Shown here piece by piece: positions 60,624 through 64,000 of a DNA stretch of 64,000 nucleotides (its first letter is position 1; each line of letters opens with the position of its first letter). The position numbers and the translations under genes are program-made. Source of the stretch: a virus (Duplodnaviria; Heunggongvirae; Uroviricota; Caudoviricetes); IMG/VR virus record IMGVR_UViG_3300037466_001997, positions 64,001-128,000 of that record. One strand, given 5' to 3'. The notes under the pieces are model-generated. The model worked only from the letters and a program-made list of their open reading frames with translations, did no database searches and was not told where the DNA came from.

Positions 60624-61685
60624 TTAGTCCTTTTTAGCTTTTTCTTTTCTGCCGAGAGTATTAAGTCCTTTTACTCTATTCCAGAACTTCTTATCTGTGT
60701 TGTGGCTCTTACCGTCATAACGAAGAATTTGAGCACTTGCATGATCTTTGTACTTTGCCAGTTTTTCTTGTGACAATTCTTCCAAAGGTTCTACTTCTTC
60801 TTTGGCAAGACGTTTCAGAGCGGAATCAACACCCTTTTCTCTCTTGTCGATTTTTCTATTCAGACGATTTGCTGTATCTCTAAAATTTCCACCACCAGTA
60901 CGCATGTGATGGTCAAAAGCTCTGTCTTTTTCAGACTTAGCATTGTCTTTGCTCTTTATTGACTTGGATGCATAACTAGCCAAAGTTCCTCTCGACAATT
61001 CGTCAAGCTGTTCAACGTCTTCCTTGACTTCTTTCTTTTTGCCAGAGAAAAATTTCTTGATGCTGTCTTTGCGAGCCTTCTTACGATCTTGCGCCTTTTC
61101 GTATGAATCTACGCCAGAGCCATGCCAGTTTGTCGCAAGAGCAATGTCTTTCATCATGCCTTCGTCAAGGTCTTCTTTGACTGGCTTTTCGTTGGCCTTA
61201 GCCCGAGCAAGATTTTTCTTATTATCTTTGGCTTGTTGTTTTTGCATTTTCCAAGCAGCCCATTTTCCGATCTTATCCTGATATTCTTTTTCGGACTCTA
61301 CAGATTCGGAACGAAGGGCACGTTCATTGGTTGTGTAGGTCTTGCCGACAAAATTTGTGTTCTTGCCAGACTTAGCCGCTTGGAAATCGTCTAGCTGATT
61401 GTAGGCGTCACGATCATCCGGACGCTTGATATTCTTGATGCGAGGGTCTTGTGTCTTCTTTGGCTTGGTAGGCTTACCGAATTCATCTGTGTAATCGACA
61501 ATATCGACATTATCCAAATGCTGCTTCATCATAGCCTTGTGGCCCGGAGTCATTTCTGACAGAAGTGCTTCCGATACTTCGCCAACGATGTCGGCAATTG
61601 AGTTTTCAGCCTTTTCGTTCAGAGCATCGGACAGGATGTCCAACTTTCCTTCGAAAAGTTCTGCCAGTTTTTCTTTACTGATCAT
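60624..61685 (-). CDS. Prohead core-like protein with EEVEQLDEL repeats
   Basis: K/E/D-rich; LFEG anchor; late promoter upstream. Confidence 0.6.
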   Translation of the reverse strand: MISKEKLAELFEGKLDILSDALNEKAENSIADIVGEVSEALLSEMTPGHKAMMKQHLDNVDIVDYTDEFGKPTKPKKTQDPRIKNIKRPDDRDAYNQLDDFQAAKSGKNTNFVGKTYTTNERALRSESVESEKEYQDKIGKWAAWKMQKQQAKDNKKNLARAKANEKPVKEDLDEGMMKDIALATNWHGSGVDSYEKAQDRKKARKDSIKKFFSGKKKEVKEDVEQLDELSRGTLASYASKSIKSKDNAKSEKDRAFDHHMRTGGGNFRDTANRLNRKIDKREKGVDSALKRLAKEEVEPLEELSQEKLAKYKDHASAQILRYDGKSHNTDKKFWNRVKGLNTLGRKEKAKKD

Positions 61686-61710
61686 GAATTTTTACCCTTA
61701 TTAGTTTCAA

Positions 61711-61718
61711 ATATTTAT
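61711..61718 (-). promoter_or_regulatory. T4-type late promoter
   Basis: TATAAATA. Confidence 0.7.
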
Positions 61719-61730
61719 AATAATTGGGTT

Positions 61731-63422
61731 TTACCCAATCCAACCCTTATTGTTCTGGTCGTCTTCATCTTCACGATCTTGATCATTGTCGCCCGGATCA
61801 CCCGGTTGGCCCGGCATTGGAGCGCCTTGGCTAGGATCACCACCGGGGAATCCACCCATGCCGCCATCCATGCCACCACCGAATCCACCATCCATTCCGC
61901 CGCCCATGCCCATCATGCTCGACATCTGGTATGGCGGTTCTTCATCGATTTCCTGCTTGATTTGAATCCATTCTTCTTCCGACATGCGAAGCACGTTGGT
62001 ACGAACCCAATTCTGGGAATAGAATTTGCCAATGTAAGGTTCGATATCACGCAAGTTGTTGATACGGTTCTGCATGATTTCACCTTCTTTTAGTTCGGTG
62101 AAATGGTTATTTTCCAGAAACGTGATAATGATATCGTCTTTGTACTTGTCCCATTCTGTTGAAGTCAGAACAGATTTCAAGATCAATTGGTCGCCAAGGA
62201 TATCGATGAATACTTCTGCGAAACGCATACGAAGGCGGTTCACAAAATCAGAAAATTTCAATTCGTCACGGGTGATTTCCGATGGACGGCCAAGATTGAA
62301 TGTGGCTTCCGAGTCGAGACGGCCAATCGGCACGTTCAGCGCTTCGTAAAGCTTTTTCTTCATGTACTCGATATCGGCTGTCTGGCCCAGATTCTCACCG
62401 GCTGGTAGAGTTTCAACGGTCGTGCCTTTGCCGTCACGCTGCGGGAACCAAAAATCTTCCAACATCGTGGCAATGCGCTTGTCGTCTGAAACCTCACCAG
62501 TTTGAGGATCGAATTTCAGCTTCTTGTTGTGCTTGCGCATGATTTCAGCCACATATTGTTCGGCTTTCATCTTCGGCAAGTTGCCAACTTCGATGTTGAA
62601 AATTCTTCTTTCTGGCGCACGGGCAATACGATAGATAACCATCGCATCTTCGATCATGCGCAGCGTGTTAAACGCTTTGATGGCCTTGTGAAGATTTGAC
62701 AGGATGATCGTGTTCGATTTGTCCGGGATACCAGAGTGGACGTAGGTGATAGAATTCGGTGAAAGCGGAATACCCTGTGGATTCTTACGATTTACACCAG
62801 CACCATTGTACACATAATATTCGATATATTTTTTATTGACTTCGAATGAACTGTTGATGATATTGGCATATGAAGGGACACGCTTGTTTCCCTTGATTTG
62901 CTCTTTCACTTTCTTGATCTTGCGAGGATCGATATAGCGAAGTTCGAAGATACCTTGACTGGTATCCTTTTCGTTAAGCATCTTGTGGTAGTAGATACGA
63001 CCATCAACATACCAAGAACGGAAGATGCGGTAGCAATCTTTCTTGAAGTTCATCATCTTCAAGATTGCGTCAAATTCTTTTTTGATTTTGTGACGAGTGG
63101 TTTCGCCAATATCCAGCTTGGACGTGTCGATATCGACCGGCCCGTTTGGATTGTCATAGGCAAAGGCTTCATTGATGATGTCGTCAATGGCCTTGTCCAC
63201 TTCTGGCTGTAGGCCCAATTCACGATATTTCGTGATAAGAGCGCCTTCGTCTACTGTAGAGTTATCGAGTGAAACACCATAATTGTAAAAGCCGGAAGCC
63301 GATGACCCAATTTCCATTGCGCCATCGTTATCCTGCTTTTCTACAACTTGAATAGTTGTTGCTTCACGTGCCTTCTTTTCTTCGTCAACGGCACGATTGA
63401 TCTGATATCCAAAAAAACGCAT
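61731..63422 (-). CDS. gp20: Portal protein (gp20)
   Basis: FRSWYVDGR, YIDPRKI, IYRIARAPERRIFNIEVGNLPK, EDFWFP.RDG. Confidence 0.97.
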   Translation of the reverse strand: MRFFGYQINRAVDEEKKAREATTIQVVEKQDNDGAMEIGSSASGFYNYGVSLDNSTVDEGALITKYRELGLQPEVDKAIDDIINEAFAYDNPNGPVDIDTSKLDIGETTRHKIKKEFDAILKMMNFKKDCYRIFRSWYVDGRIYYHKMLNEKDTSQGIFELRYIDPRKIKKVKEQIKGNKRVPSYANIINSSFEVNKKYIEYYVYNGAGVNRKNPQGIPLSPNSITYVHSGIPDKSNTIILSNLHKAIKAFNTLRMIEDAMVIYRIARAPERRIFNIEVGNLPKMKAEQYVAEIMRKHNKKLKFDPQTGEVSDDKRIATMLEDFWFPQRDGKGTTVETLPAGENLGQTADIEYMKKKLYEALNVPIGRLDSEATFNLGRPSEITRDELKFSDFVNRLRMRFAEVFIDILGDQLILKSVLTSTEWDKYKDDIIITFLENNHFTELKEGEIMQNRINNLRDIEPYIGKFYSQNWVRTNVLRMSEEEWIQIKQEIDEEPPYQMSSMMGMGGGMDGGFGGGMDGGMGGFPGGDPSQGAPMPGQPGDPGDNDQDREDEDDQNNKGWIG

Positions 63423-63474
63423 TATGCCTTCTTTGTTTTAATTAAGCTATACAATTATATAGCAAAATCAATTA

Positions 63475-64000
63475 TTAGATATCGACGCCACCAGCGAAAC
63501 CAGTTGTCGAAGTGTCGCCAACGGTCCAGTAATCCACAGAAAATGTTACATTGAATGAAGTAACGTCATCTGTTCCCCAGTCCAACTGAATAGAAGATAC
63601 TGACAATGGCCATACACCATTGAACTTGTATTCTCTCAAAACGTTGCCTGTCTGGGAATAGTGTGTTACGTCTGCAATAGATTTGTACAGTGTCTGTTCA
63701 GATGTAGGAAGTCTTCTGATGTTGCCGATTGGTGAATTGATTGCGTGTACCCATTCTTCAAGAGCATTTCTGATCAAGAAATCTTCGTCATTGATTACTG
63801 TGACATCCCAATCAGCATAATTCTGGGTAACACCCGCAACCTTGATATTTCTACCGAAGTACGGAACTGTGATTGCATTCGTATCCTTTTGTGGGATCGA
63901 AGCTGCACGGCACATCAAAGTGAATTCCTGATCGCCAGCGCCGTTGACTGGGTTCGTCAATTTAACCTGAAATAGGTTTGAACGAGCGCCACCATATCTC
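63475..64000 (-). CDS. gp19: Tail tube protein (gp19), 5'-truncated by window edge
   Basis: GGARSNLFQV, YFGR.IKVAG, W.VTVINDEDF, IQLDW, F.VTF.VDYW. Confidence 0.93.
   Translation of the reverse strand, partial: RYGGARSNLFQVKLTNPVNGAGDQEFTLMCRAASIPQKDTNAITVPYFGRNIKVAGVTQNYADWDVTVINDEDFLIRNALEEWVHAINSPIGNIRRLPTSEQTLYKSIADVTHYSQTGNVLREYKFNGVWPLSVSSIQLDWGTDDVTSFNVTFSVDYWTVGDTSTTGFAGGVDI

Noticed and set aside
8900-63554. Many long antisense or alternative-frame ORFs in the track (e.g. 20375+, 31060+, 58121+)
   Set aside because: They are shadows of well-conserved genes, with no RBS or motifs.
1-64000. CRISPR array, integrase or IS element
   Set aside because: No regularly spaced direct repeats, transposase or recombinase motifs were seen.

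Overview
A 64-kb slice of a large T4-like (gp23/gp43/gp55-type) myophage genome. It most likely infects an alphaproteobacterium of the Rhizobiaceae, judging from a RopB/Omp25-family outer-membrane protein gene, a class II B12-dependent RNR, TTGACA-N17-TATANT promoters and a GANTC cluster. Most genes are on the minus strand. In window order: a nucleotide-metabolism and glycosyltransferase/methyltransferase block (0.1-11 kb); primase, tRNA-Ala and a holin/spanin lysis block (11-14 kb); putative head-internal and structural proteins plus a 2H-phosphoesterase/nucleotidyltransferase/ligase-like module (14-25 kb); the replication core (gp41, uvsX, gp43, regA, gp62, gp44, gp45); a CobS/CobT-like pair, deformylase and Thg1-like gene; gp46, gp47, gp55, uvsW, uvsY, gp3; a plus-strand island with three tRNAs and a serine protease; and the head/tail block gp23, gp22, gp21, core proteins, gp20 and a partial gp19. 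The most unusual signals are: (1) conserved N-termini of gp43, UvsW and the holin that can only begin at AUA, together with a CAU tRNA that has Ile2 identity elements but an initiator-type C1.A72 acceptor end; (2) a promoter-driven ~270-nt structured RNA containing a circularly permuted tRNA-like domain; (3) an intergenic cluster of ten GANTC (CcrM) sites around two hairpins next to uvsY. All family assignments come from motif recognition by eye; no database searches were run.
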